NCBI GenBank assembly: GCA_032249235.1
Contig: JAVVGF010000002.1
Span: 32,001 to 96,000 of the forward strand
Length of the DNA: 64,000 bases
From: Thermoproteota archaeon
GTDB lineage: Archaea > Thermoproteota > Thermoprotei > Gearchaeales > Gearchaeaceae
Reading direction: 5' to 3'
Below the pieces are notes generated by a model, which worked only from the letters and a program-made list of their open reading frames with translations, did no database searches and was not told the DNA's origin. Below, in pieces: positions 19,813 through 29,332 of the stretch. Positions within the stretch are counted from its first letter, which is position 1. Each line of letters begins with the position of its first letter. A program made the translations under genes and the position numbers.

Positions 19813-22800
19813 GTGCAATTCATTTACAAAGCGTTATGCCCCAATGATGGAAATGATATAATTTCGAGTAGACTTGAGAAGGGGCTTGTTTGTGAAAAAT
19901 GTCTTCCTGAATCTTATGCTCATTCTATTCAATCGCATGAAGAACTCATTAAATATTTAGAAGAAAGAAATCTGCTAGAAGGCAAACTTAAAGATTATGA
20001 AGAGTTAGAAGCTAAACTAAGAGAATTTGAAGAATTTTCAAAAGTAGTATATGAAAGCCTAACACCAGCACAAAGGAGCTGGTTCATGAAAGCTTCTAGA
20101 AGTGAAAGTTTTGCAATTACTTATCCTACAGGTTTAGGTAAGACTTCCTTTGGAGTTCTCCTAGCTCTTTACACAATTTATAAGGATAATGGAAAGAAAG
20201 TCTTCTTCATAGTACCGACTAAGTTATTGGTTTCAAGACTTTCAGAAAGACTTCAAGAAATTGCTGAGAAAAAAGATTTGAAACTAAAAATCCTAAAATC
20301 AGGAGAGAAAAAAGAGGATATAATCAACTCATTAAGAAATAGAGAATTTAATATAGCTGTTTTCACACCAAAATTCCTTATTTATAATAAAGACGTATTG
20401 AACAGTAAAGAATATACAGGAATCGCAGATCTGATATTCGTCGATGATGTTGATGCATTACTTAAAAGCTCTAAAGCTATCGATATAGTCCTAAATTTAT
20501 TAGGTTTCGAAGAATCAATTCAGGCTAAGCTTAGAAAGATAATTAAAAGAACCTCTAGAGAGGATACGGAAGCGAAAACTAAAGTGCTAGAGGAGATAGA
20601 AGCATATAAGAAACAAAGAAAGATTGGCCAATTGATTTTCTCAAGCGCAACTACACGGTATACTTCCTCTAGGCTAAGATTATTGAGATACTTATTAAAC
20701 TTTGAACCTGGCTCATCATTAGAAGTTTTCAGAAACATTAAAGAAGTTTATAAGTTCACTAAAAATGAAATTAATGACTGCATTAATATTGTAAAGAAGA
20801 TAGGAGAAGGCGGATTAATTTTCGTTTCAACAGATAAACCCTCTGATTATCTTGAAAAAATAGCTAGTAAACTTGAGGAAGAAGGTATTAAATGTGAAAT
20901 AGTTTCTGGAAAAACAAACGCTAAAAAAATCATAGAAAAATTCGAAAAAGGTGAAGTAAAAGTCTTGATTGGTAATGCAATTTTCTATGGACCTTTGGTT
21001 AGAGGAATAGATATGCCAGCAAAAGTAAAATATGCCTTATTTGTTGGTGTGCCTAAATTTAAATTCTCATTTAGAATATTTGAAAGAAATCCTCTAAGAA
21101 CTCTTTGGCTAGCAAGTTTAGTTGTTAACTTCGTAGAAGATTTCAATACAAGAAGAGCTATACTAGAGACGGCTAATAAATTGAAAAACGAAACACAAAA
21201 ATTCACACCAGAAGCCTTGAGAGCTTTAGCACATATCGAGAAAGTTGAAACTCAAATGCGCATATTTAAGTTGACTAAAGAACTATATGAGTTGCTTAAA
21301 GAAACATTAAAAGATGAAAACCTTGTAAGAAAGCTAGAAGAAAAAAATAGACTTAAAGTCCTTGAAGAAAAAGGAGAAAAATTCTTTTTAATTCCTGACT
21401 CCTTAACTTACATTCAAGCTTCAGGAAGGACGAGTAGGCTATACTATGGCGGAATAACAACAGGCTTATCGATAATACTTGTTGATGATAAAAATATATT
21501 CGAAGGATTGAAATTCCAATTGAATTTAAGAAGTGAACTTTTCAAATTTATAAATTATAAAGAATTTGAAAAAGAAAAAGAAAAAATCCTTGAATTAATA
21601 CGAATAGAAAGAGAAGCTATAGAGAAAAGAGATTTAAAGAAATTGAAAGAGCTCAAGAAGCTTGAACTAAAAACTGCTTTATTTGTTGTAGAATCTCCAA
21701 CAAAGGCAAGAACTATATCTTCATTTTTTGGTAAACCTGTGGTCAGACTTGTTAAAGGGTTGAGAGTTTACGAATGTGTTTCAGATAGATACATCCTTTA
21801 TATTACTGCAACAAGGGGCCATATATTTGATCTTGTTTACACACATGACCCCAATAATGGGTATTATTATGGTGTATTGAAAAAAGATGGTTACATACCT
21901 ATATACAATACAATAAAGAAATGCAACAATTGCGGTGCCCAATTTAATGAATATCTAAAAGAAAAAGGAAAATGCAATTATTGTGGAAGTGATAAAATAG
22001 ATGATCAAATTAAAACTGTAGAAGCTCTTCAAGAATTAGCACAGGAATGTGACTTGGTAATAATAGCTACAGATCCTGATTCTGAAGGAGAAAAAATAGC
22101 GAAAGATGTTTATTTGGCTGTTAAGCCTTTCGCTAAAGAAATTAAAAGAGCTGAAATGCATGAAATAACTTTAAGGGCTTTCTTAGATGCCTTAGATAAT
22201 TTAAGAGATGTAAATGATAAACTTGTTGAAGCTCAAGTACTAAGAAGAATAGGTGATAGATGGGTAGGATTTAGTTTAAGCAACGTAGTTCAACAAGAAT
22301 TTAAACGAAGAACTTTGGGTATAGGAAGAGTACAAGGACCTGTATTACATTGGATAGTAAAGAATTATGAAAAAAGTAAAAAAGAAAAGAAAAAAATTGC
22401 TGTATTTCATACTAAAATAAATGATATAAGATTAAGAATAATATCAAAAAGCATAGATATTAAGAAAAGGAACTTAAAAAATATACTTAAAAATATAAAA
22501 ATAAAAGTATCTAAAATTAAAAAGAAACAAGAACTAATAAGACCTCCAGTTCCCTTCTCTACTACTGAATTATTGACATATGCAATACCTCGAATAAAGG
22601 CTTCATCAGACAAAATCATGAAATTAGCTCAAGATCTATTTGAAGCAGGCTTGATAACATATCATAGAACTGATAGCCATTATATTAGTTATGTTGGATT
22701 CGAAATAGCAAAAAGGTATCTTGAAGAAAAGAACCTTATTGAATTACATAAACAGCGTCAATATGGTGAAAAAGCTACACATGAATGCATTAGACCAACT

Positions 22801-23502
22801 AGACCGTTAGATAGAACAGAATTAGAAAGCGCTATTGCTACAGGACAAATCAGGATACCTATACAATTAACTCCCCAGCATTATCAGCTATATGACTTAA
22901 TATTTAGGGTTTTTATAGCATCACAAATGGAAGAGGCAAAAACAATTACGTATGAAATTTCATTCGAATCATTAAAGGTGCCAATCAATGGTGAAATGAA
23001 AGAAATAAAGCTTAAGCCAATCAAGTTAAATATCAAAGCAGATGAGAATAGCTTCGCAAAGATTTATTCGATACCGACTTATCCTCAATTGGAAAACATC
23101 AAAAAAGGTGATGTATTTGAGGTTGAAGACGTTCAGCTAATTAAGAAGAAAAAAGCACTATTTACAGAAGAGGAAATCATAAGTAAAATGAAAAAAGAAG
23201 GTATAGGGAGGCCTTCTACATACGCTATAATTATTAAAAAATTAATAGAGCATGGTTATGTTTTTAAATCACCTAATAAACAAGCCTTGATTCCTACTAA
23301 AACAGGTATAGAACTAATAAAGAAACTTAATAAAGAATACAAATGGGTTACAGATGTAAAATTAACACGGGAATTTGAAGAAACTATGGATCGTATAGAA
23401 AAAGGAGAACTTAATAAAGTAGAGATAACAAAAAAACTTGATGAATTCTTTGAAAGATTTTATGAATTGAAAAGGCCGACACCAATAGTTATACCTTCTT
23501 AG
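19813..23502 (+). CDS. rgy: reverse gyrase
   Basis: N-terminal Zn finger, SF2 helicase-like domain (PTGLGKT, DDVD, RGIDMP, QASGRTSR), topo IA domain (VESPTKA, TDPDSEGE, GRVQ, ITYHRTDS, GIGRPSTYA). Confidence 0.98.
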   Translation: MQFIYKALCPNDGNDIISSRLEKGLVCEKCLPESYAHSIQSHEELIKYLEERNLLEGKLKDYEELEAKLREFEEFSKVVYESLTPAQRSWFMKASRSESFAITYPTGLGKTSFGVLLALYTIYKDNGKKVFFIVPTKLLVSRLSERLQEIAEKKDLKLKILKSGEKKEDIINSLRNREFNIAVFTPKFLIYNKDVLNSKEYTGIADLIFVDDVDALLKSSKAIDIVLNLLGFEESIQAKLRKIIKRTSREDTEAKTKVLEEIEAYKKQRKIGQLIFSSATTRYTSSRLRLLRYLLNFEPGSSLEVFRNIKEVYKFTKNEINDCINIVKKIGEGGLIFVSTDKPSDYLEKIASKLEEEGIKCEIVSGKTNAKKIIEKFEKGEVKVLIGNAIFYGPLVRGIDMPAKVKYALFVGVPKFKFSFRIFERNPLRTLWLASLVVNFVEDFNTRRAILETANKLKNETQKFTPEALRALAHIEKVETQMRIFKLTKELYELLKETLKDENLVRKLEEKNRLKVLEEKGEKFFLIPDSLTYIQASGRTSRLYYGGITTGLSIILVDDKNIFEGLKFQLNLRSELFKFINYKEFEKEKEKILELIRIEREAIEKRDLKKLKELKKLELKTALFVVESPTKARTISSFFGKPVVRLVKGLRVYECVSDRYILYITATRGHIFDLVYTHDPNNGYYYGVLKKDGYIPIYNTIKKCNNCGAQFNEYLKEKGKCNYCGSDKIDDQIKTVEALQELAQECDLVIIATDPDSEGEKIAKDVYLAVKPFAKEIKRAEMHEITLRAFLDALDNLRDVNDKLVEAQVLRRIGDRWVGFSLSNVVQQEFKRRTLGIGRVQGPVLHWIVKNYEKSKKEKKKIAVFHTKINDIRLRIISKSIDIKKRNLKNILKNIKIKVSKIKKKQELIRPPVPFSTTELLTYAIPRIKASSDKIMKLAQDLFEAGLITYHRTDSHYISYVGFEIAKRYLEEKNLIELHKQRQYGEKATHECIRPTRPLDRTELESAIATGQIRIPIQLTPQHYQLYDLIFRVFIASQMEEAKTITYEISFESLKVPINGEMKEIKLKPIKLNIKADENSFAKIYSIPTYPQLENIKKGDVFEVEDVQLIKKKKALFTEEEIISKMKKEGIGRPSTYAIIIKKLIEHGYVFKSPNKQALIPTKTGIELIKKLNKEYKWVTDVKLTREFEETMDRIEKGELNKVEITKKLDEFFERFYELKRPTPIVIPS

Positions 23503-23503
23503 C

Positions 23504-25903
23504 ATGACGCTTGCGGTATTCCTTGCTGGTGGAGAAGGTACAAGATTAAGACCTTTAACTGTTTCTAAGCCAAAGCCTTTAGTAAAAGTACTTAACATTC
23601 CTGTGCTTACTTATAATTTAATCAGAATAAAGAATATCGGAATTAAAGAAGTAAAAATCACACTACATTACCTTCCTCAACTAATTATATCTGAATATGG
23701 AGATGGTACAAGTTTAGGTTTAAACATCGAATATTCTGTAGAAGAAAGACCATTAGGTACTGCAGGAGGTGTAAGAGAAGCTGTAGGAAATACCAATGAT
23801 AAAATCATTGTAGTAAGCGGTGATTTGATAACAGATTTCAATCTAAAAGAAATGCTGGAATTTCACAATAAAAGAGGTAGCCTTATGACCATTGCTCTCG
23901 GCTATTCTGAAGAACCTTACCAGTTTGGCATTGCTAAGCTAAATGAAGAAGGTAGAATAGTTAGATATCTCGAAAAGCCATCGCCTACTGAAGTATTCAG
24001 CAACTATATAAATGCAGGTATGTATATTTTAGAACCTGAAGTTCTCAAATATATACCCAAGTCTAGCGAATTTGATTTCAGCAGAGATTTGATACCTATT
24101 CTATTATCCAAAGGCGAACCAATATATGGATTCTACTCAAAATGCTATTGGAGAGACATAGGAACAATTGAACAATATTTGCAATGCAATCATGAATTGC
24201 TTAAAAGAGGATCTCATGAATTATATGAAATTGCAATAAAAAATCAAAAAATAAGAAAAGATATACCAAATTTGATCGAACCTTCTTTAGTTAATGAGGG
24301 GGCTGTAATTAAGGAAGGAGCGAAAATAGGACCATTTACAATAATAGATGAAGAAGTAATAATAGGCAATAATTCGATTATTAGTGGAAGCGTTATAAGC
24401 AAAGGAGCATACATAGGTGAAAGATGTTCAATAATATCAAGTATAATAGATAAATATGCTAAGATTCATGATAAGACAACTATATTCGAGAATTGCGTGA
24501 TAGGAGAAAGAACGATAATCGGTAGAGGAACGGAAATCAGGCCTAACGTAAGAATATGGCCTGATAAATACGTTGATGAAAATATGATAATTACATCGAA
24601 TATTGTAACTGCAAGCAAAATATTTAGATCAATGTTCAATCAGGGACTTATTCGTTTAACATTAAATTCTGAAATAACGCCTGAATATGCTGCGAAGTTT
24701 GGTAAAACCATAGCTAATATTATTAAAAGCGGGGAATTGATTTCTATTGCTTCCAGTTCTAAAAAAATATTAGAGTTGATTGGCTTACCTATGATTTCTG
24801 GAGCAATTTCTGCAGGAAATAATGTTGCGAATTTGGGAATTTTACCAATGAGTGTGGCAAGACTAGCTAATCAATCCTCTAAATCAAAATTCGGCATATA
24901 TCTATTGTTAAATGAAAGGAATTCGGCTGAAGTTATTCTACACCTATTTGATGAAATGGGCTCGAACATTGATGAAAAAACAGAAAAGAAAATAGAAAAT
25001 TTATTTTATAGAGAAGAATTCAGATCAGTTGATATAAAAAATATTGGAAATTTTGTTAATATTGATATAAATTATATAGTAGAGTATTATGTTAGAGTTT
25101 TAAAAAAGTTATTTGGAAATGATCTCGATAATGAGGTATATTTCATTTTGGAAAGAGGAGAGGAACTATTAAATTTCCTTTCAATACTTAAAAAAACAAG
25201 TTTTAATATATCTTTTGTAAATGATTTCAAAAAAATTCATAAATTAAAAAAAGATAGTCTAATTGTGAAAAGCGATAATAGCTTCAGTAGTTTAAATTTA
25301 CTCAATCATGAGGGAGAAATTATCAATTCAGGAAAAAGAATTTTACTTGAACTTTATTCTATTAGAGAAAACCTTGACAAAAGAACCCTAATAGCACCGA
25401 AATTTTTATGTGATGAAGCAGTGAGATATCTTCAAGGTTTAGGATTTGAAATTGTTCAAAAAAATTTAATATTTAGAGATTATAGTAGAAATTTAACAAG
25501 TAAAGATGTTATCATCCTTGAACCTTTTCATGCTATAGGTATTTCTCCTATTCCTTATTTCGATGCAATAGCTTCTTCGATTTCAATTAGCAAATTGTTA
25601 ATAAAAAAGAATTATACGCTAAAAGATGCACTAGAAATGCTTCCTGAACATTTCATCGTTTATGAATTTGAGGAAGCACCACTTGAAAAGATATCAAAAA
25701 TTATCGCTGAATTAGGAAAAGAGGAAGATATTGAAAATGCAGGAAACTCTGCAATTATTAATGACGAAGCGAGATGTCTGATTCAACCCTCTATTTTCGC
25801 AGCAGGATTTGATATCATATCTTCTTCAACAAGTTATGAAAAAGCCTTAAAGTTTGCAACAATTGCGAAGAAGTATATAAATAAAATAAGGAATAAAATT
25901 TAG
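23504..25903 (+). CDS. NDP-sugar pyrophosphorylase (mannose-1-phosphate guanylyltransferase-like) fused to left-handed beta-helix and degenerate PGM/PMM domains
   Basis: LAGGEGTRLRPLT..KPKPL, EERPLGTAG, EKP, WRDIGT, hexapeptide repeats, then a PMM-like N-domain (EITPEYAAKFG) without a recognisable TASHNP catalytic loop. Confidence 0.82.
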   Translation: MTLAVFLAGGEGTRLRPLTVSKPKPLVKVLNIPVLTYNLIRIKNIGIKEVKITLHYLPQLIISEYGDGTSLGLNIEYSVEERPLGTAGGVREAVGNTNDKIIVVSGDLITDFNLKEMLEFHNKRGSLMTIALGYSEEPYQFGIAKLNEEGRIVRYLEKPSPTEVFSNYINAGMYILEPEVLKYIPKSSEFDFSRDLIPILLSKGEPIYGFYSKCYWRDIGTIEQYLQCNHELLKRGSHELYEIAIKNQKIRKDIPNLIEPSLVNEGAVIKEGAKIGPFTIIDEEVIIGNNSIISGSVISKGAYIGERCSIISSIIDKYAKIHDKTTIFENCVIGERTIIGRGTEIRPNVRIWPDKYVDENMIITSNIVTASKIFRSMFNQGLIRLTLNSEITPEYAAKFGKTIANIIKSGELISIASSSKKILELIGLPMISGAISAGNNVANLGILPMSVARLANQSSKSKFGIYLLLNERNSAEVILHLFDEMGSNIDEKTEKKIENLFYREEFRSVDIKNIGNFVNIDINYIVEYYVRVLKKLFGNDLDNEVYFILERGEELLNFLSILKKTSFNISFVNDFKKIHKLKKDSLIVKSDNSFSSLNLLNHEGEIINSGKRILLELYSIRENLDKRTLIAPKFLCDEAVRYLQGLGFEIVQKNLIFRDYSRNLTSKDVIILEPFHAIGISPIPYFDAIASSISISKLLIKKNYTLKDALEMLPEHFIVYEFEEAPLEKISKIIAELGKEEDIENAGNSAIINDEARCLIQPSIFAAGFDIISSSTSYEKALKFATIAKKYINKIRNKI

Positions 25904-25904
25904 A

Positions 25905-25960
25905 GCCAATGATGAAAAGGTTTCCACATGACTTGTGATTATTCCAGGGGTAGCTGAGGA
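25905..25960 (+). ncRNA. box C/D methylation guide sRNA
   Basis: C box ATGATGA (25909-25915), 12-nt guide, D' ATGA (25928-25931), C' GTGATTA (25935-25941), 12-nt guide, D box CTGA (25954-25957), then a T-run. Confidence 0.8.
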
Positions 25961-26014
25961 TTTTTTATAAGTAAATTTATAAGGCAATTTTTCATTTTTT
26001 ATTAAAGGTTATCA

Positions 26015-26503
26015 ATGCAAAAATTAAAAACCCTCAATAAGAGGGTAAACGTATACGTTGCGGATTCTCTTCTTTGTAAAGGCAAAGGGTTATTTTCGGC
26101 AAAGAGTTTTCAAAAAGAAGAGCTCGTTTATGAATTTGAAGGTGAATATATAAAAGGAGATCTTTCAAACATCTCAAATCCTTATGTATTACAGCTCGAT
26201 GTAGGTTTGTACTTTTTACCTTTTAATGAAGGAAAATATCTTAACCATTCCTGTGAACCGAATTGCAAAATTGTATGGGAAAATAATAGAGTTCTATTAA
26301 TTGCTATAAAAGATATTAAAAAAGATGAAGAACTGTCTTATAATTATAATACTACTGAATTTGACATGGGACCTGATTGGTTTATATGTTCTTGTGGATC
26401 AAATAGTTGTTATAAAGTTATAAAGGGCTTTAAATACTTAAGTAAAGAACAAAAATACAAAATTAAAGATTTAATTTTGCCTTATTTATATAGATTTTTA
26501 TAG
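26015..26503 (+). CDS. SET-domain protein-lysine methyltransferase with post-SET
   Basis: KGKGLF (GxG), YLNHSCEPN, EELSYNY, post-SET CSCGSNSC. Confidence 0.92.
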   Translation: MQKLKTLNKRVNVYVADSLLCKGKGLFSAKSFQKEELVYEFEGEYIKGDLSNISNPYVLQLDVGLYFLPFNEGKYLNHSCEPNCKIVWENNRVLLIAIKDIKKDEELSYNYNTTEFDMGPDWFICSCGSNSCYKVIKGFKYLSKEQKYKIKDLILPYLYRFL

Positions 26504-26563
26504 CATATTTTTTTATACATTTTAATATTTAGATTTATAAATAGGATAACTTATTTTCACGAC

Positions 26564-27181
26564 GTGAATAAGAGGATTTACATTATTATTGGTGCAATTA
26601 TTATAGCTGCAATTGTGGTTCTGATGGTATATATTCAGTCTCAGCAAAGCCCTAAACTTGTTGGCACGACTGTTTTCAATCCACCTTTAAACACTTCAGA
26701 TTTTATCTTATATGATACAAACGGAAATAAAATAGAGCTGAATCAACTTTATGGAAAGGTAATAGCGATGTCTTTTGTATACAGAAATTGTCCAGATGTA
26801 TGCCCTATCATAATGAGGTATTTTAAACAAGTTGCAGATGAACTCAATAAAGAAGGATACAAAGGAAAATATATAATGCTACTTATATCAGTTGATCCTG
26901 ACAGAGATGCAATACAAGCTAAAAGTTTTATGGAAGAAATGGGTATGCCAGATGATGTACACTATCTAGTTTCACCAAAAGAAGAATTGCAAAATGTATG
27001 GAAGGCTTATGGCGTATTTGTAGAAATACCTACTAATAAGACAGGAAATTATACTGTTACTCATACAGCAATCACATATGTAATAGATAAACAATTAAGG
27101 ATAAGAGTAGCTTTTGGACACCCAGGATTTTGGTCGCCAAACGATTTATTACAAGATATGATAATATTAATCAAGGAATGA
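26564..27181 (+). CDS. SCO1/SenC copper chaperone
   Basis: N-terminal TM anchor, CPDVC (CxxxC), ISVDPDRD, YTVTH copper ligand. Confidence 0.92.
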   Translation: MNKRIYIIIGAIIIAAIVVLMVYIQSQQSPKLVGTTVFNPPLNTSDFILYDTNGNKIELNQLYGKVIAMSFVYRNCPDVCPIIMRYFKQVADELNKEGYKGKYIMLLISVDPDRDAIQAKSFMEEMGMPDDVHYLVSPKEELQNVWKAYGVFVEIPTNKTGNYTVTHTAITYVIDKQLRIRVAFGHPGFWSPNDLLQDMIILIKE

Positions 27182-27804
27182 GAATTTCAAAACTTATTAA
27201 AAATAAAATTTTTGTTATAAGCTTCTTCATTACTATTATTTCCTATATAGTCTCATTAACAGTGATACAATGGATTTTAAGTCAACATCCACCTTCAAGT
27301 TTTGGCTTATTCAGCAGACCTGATTCGACTAAATTCATACCAAGCTATAATGATATTGTAATCATTTGGATAGCTTCGAAACAAACAGTAGCTGGCCAAT
27401 CTAATTTTGAATGGCTCACAACTATTACTTTAACATCTTTCCTCTTGCTTATTTTACTTGCCTTCATTTCTTCTATCAACATATCTCTTGCAGGTCAATT
27501 AAACATCGCAAAGAAAACCGCAACATGCGGAGCATTCACAAGCATAGCTGGCTTATCCTTAGCTACTTCTGCTATTTCTGCATGCCCAGCTTGCGGAACA
27601 GCTGCTACATTTACAATAGTACAAGCAATAATGGTTGGTTTAACAGGCTCTGCTATAGGAGCTTCAACTTTGTTTGTTAATATAAGTAATGCAATCCTAA
27701 TTTCAGCAATAATAATAAATTTGATACTCACATATGTATTGCTAAGGAAAATAAAGAAAGAAGAAATACTTAATATTAAATGGAAACCTATTATAAAGAA
27801 GTAA
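27178..27804 (+). CDS. Cys-containing membrane protein (CPAC motif)
   Basis: 4-5 TM segments with C...CPAC. The ATG at 27178 overlaps the SCO stop and is preferred to the ORF-track start at 27130. Confidence 0.65.
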   Translation: MRISKLIKNKIFVISFFITIISYIVSLTVIQWILSQHPPSSFGLFSRPDSTKFIPSYNDIVIIWIASKQTVAGQSNFEWLTTITLTSFLLLILLAFISSINISLAGQLNIAKKTATCGAFTSIAGLSLATSAISACPACGTAATFTIVQAIMVGLTGSAIGASTLFVNISNAILISAIIINLILTYVLLRKIKKEEILNIKWKPIIKK

Positions 27805-28307
27805 AAGTTGAAATTAAGATTGGCGATTTATTAGAAGAAAATGCTGAGGCAATAGTGAATCCTGCAAATTCATTAATGATAATGGGTGGAGGTGTAGCTG
27901 GAGCTATAAAAAATAAAGGTGGAAAAGAAATCGAAGAAGAAGCTTTGAAATATGCTCCAGTTCCAATAGGAAAAGCTATAGTAACTGGTGCAGGAAAGTT
28001 AAAAAGTAAATACGTTATTCATTCGCCTACAATGGAAAGACCTGCAATGCTGACTACCAAAGATAAAGTATATAATGCAACTAAAGCAGCATTAGAAGCA
28101 GCACATATAAAAAATATAAAAACCATAGCTTTTCCTGCAATGGGAACTGGAGTAGGAGGGTTATCTTTTAAAGAAGCTTCAGAAGCAATGATTAAAGCGA
28201 TTAAAGATGTGATAGATTCAGGTATAAAATTTGAAAGGATCAGCATAATTCTTAGAGAAAAAGAAGCCTATGACGAATTTAGTAAGGCTATTAAAATTTT
28301 GAAATGA
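27780..28307 (+). CDS. macrodomain ADP-ribose-binding protein (Af1521/MacroD-like)
   Basis: GDL, AIVNPANS..MGGGVAGAI, VIHSPT, AFPAMGTGVGG. Confidence 0.93.
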   Translation: METYYKEVKVEIKIGDLLEENAEAIVNPANSLMIMGGGVAGAIKNKGGKEIEEEALKYAPVPIGKAIVTGAGKLKSKYVIHSPTMERPAMLTTKDKVYNATKAALEAAHIKNIKTIAFPAMGTGVGGLSFKEASEAMIKAIKDVIDSGIKFERISIILREKEAYDEFSKAIKILK

Positions 28308-29332
28308 AAGCAGTATTGATTTTTGGAAAGCTTGATGCTAGAGTTGTTGATGTAGATATACCTAAAATATCTGCTGATGAAATAAGGGTTAAATTACTTG
28401 AATGCGGAATTTGCGGGACTGATATAGAAAAATATGAAGGAGATTTTTTAACACCTCCTATTTTAGGGCATGAAACTGTTGGAATAATAGATGAAGTTGG
28501 AGAAGATATTAAAGAATTCAAAAAAGGACAGCGCGTATTTGTTCATCATCATGTACCCTGTAGAGTCTGTTATTATTGCCTTAAAGGGGATTTCACTTTA
28601 TGCGAACAGTTTATAAAATTTAATCTAGATCCTAGCGGCTTGGCAGAATATTTTAGAGTACCTAGCGAAATAGTAAGAAAGAAAGGAGTTTTCGCATTAA
28701 GCGATAAAATAAGCGATGATAGAGCTACATTTATCGAGCCATTGGCTTGCTGTATAAGGGCTCTTAATAAAATCAAGCCAGAAATAGGAGAAAACGTAGC
28801 AATTTTCGGTGGTGGGCCTGCAGGTTTACTTCATTTGTTATTATTAAATAAAGTATATGGAGCAAGAGTTGCAGTCGTTGAAATTAATGAAAAACGCTTA
28901 GAATTTGCTCAAAAAGTTGGTGCTGAAATATTAATTAACCCTTTAAAACATGACACGGTTGAAGAATTAAAAAAATGGTCTTATGGAAGAGGCGTCGATG
29001 TTGCAATCGTAGCTACAGGTAATGTTGAGGCAGTTAAACAAGCTTTGAAATCTTTAAGAAGAGGAGGAAAGCTATGTTTATTTGGAAGTCCTAAAAAAGG
29101 AACTGAAATAATCTTAGATTTAAGCTATGTTTTTATAAACGAGATCAAGATAATACCTTCCTATTCTACTACCGAATTCGAAATTATGCAATCTATATCT
29201 TTATTGGAAAGAAGCATAATCGAACCTGAGATACTAATATCACATAAATTCAAGCTAGAAGAAGCTGTAGAAGCATTGGAAAAAACAAGAAAAGGTGAAA
29301 CGATTAAGGCTGTGATTGTGAATACTAAATAA
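28304..29332 (+). CDS. Zn-dependent MDR alcohol/polyol dehydrogenase
   Basis: CGICGTD, GHE, CRVCYYC..C, EPLAC, GGGPAG. Confidence 0.9.
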   Translation: MKAVLIFGKLDARVVDVDIPKISADEIRVKLLECGICGTDIEKYEGDFLTPPILGHETVGIIDEVGEDIKEFKKGQRVFVHHHVPCRVCYYCLKGDFTLCEQFIKFNLDPSGLAEYFRVPSEIVRKKGVFALSDKISDDRATFIEPLACCIRALNKIKPEIGENVAIFGGGPAGLLHLLLLNKVYGARVAVVEINEKRLEFAQKVGAEILINPLKHDTVEELKKWSYGRGVDVAIVATGNVEAVKQALKSLRRGGKLCLFGSPKKGTEIILDLSYVFINEIKIIPSYSTTEFEIMQSISLLERSIIEPEILISHKFKLEEAVEALEKTRKGETIKAVIVNTK

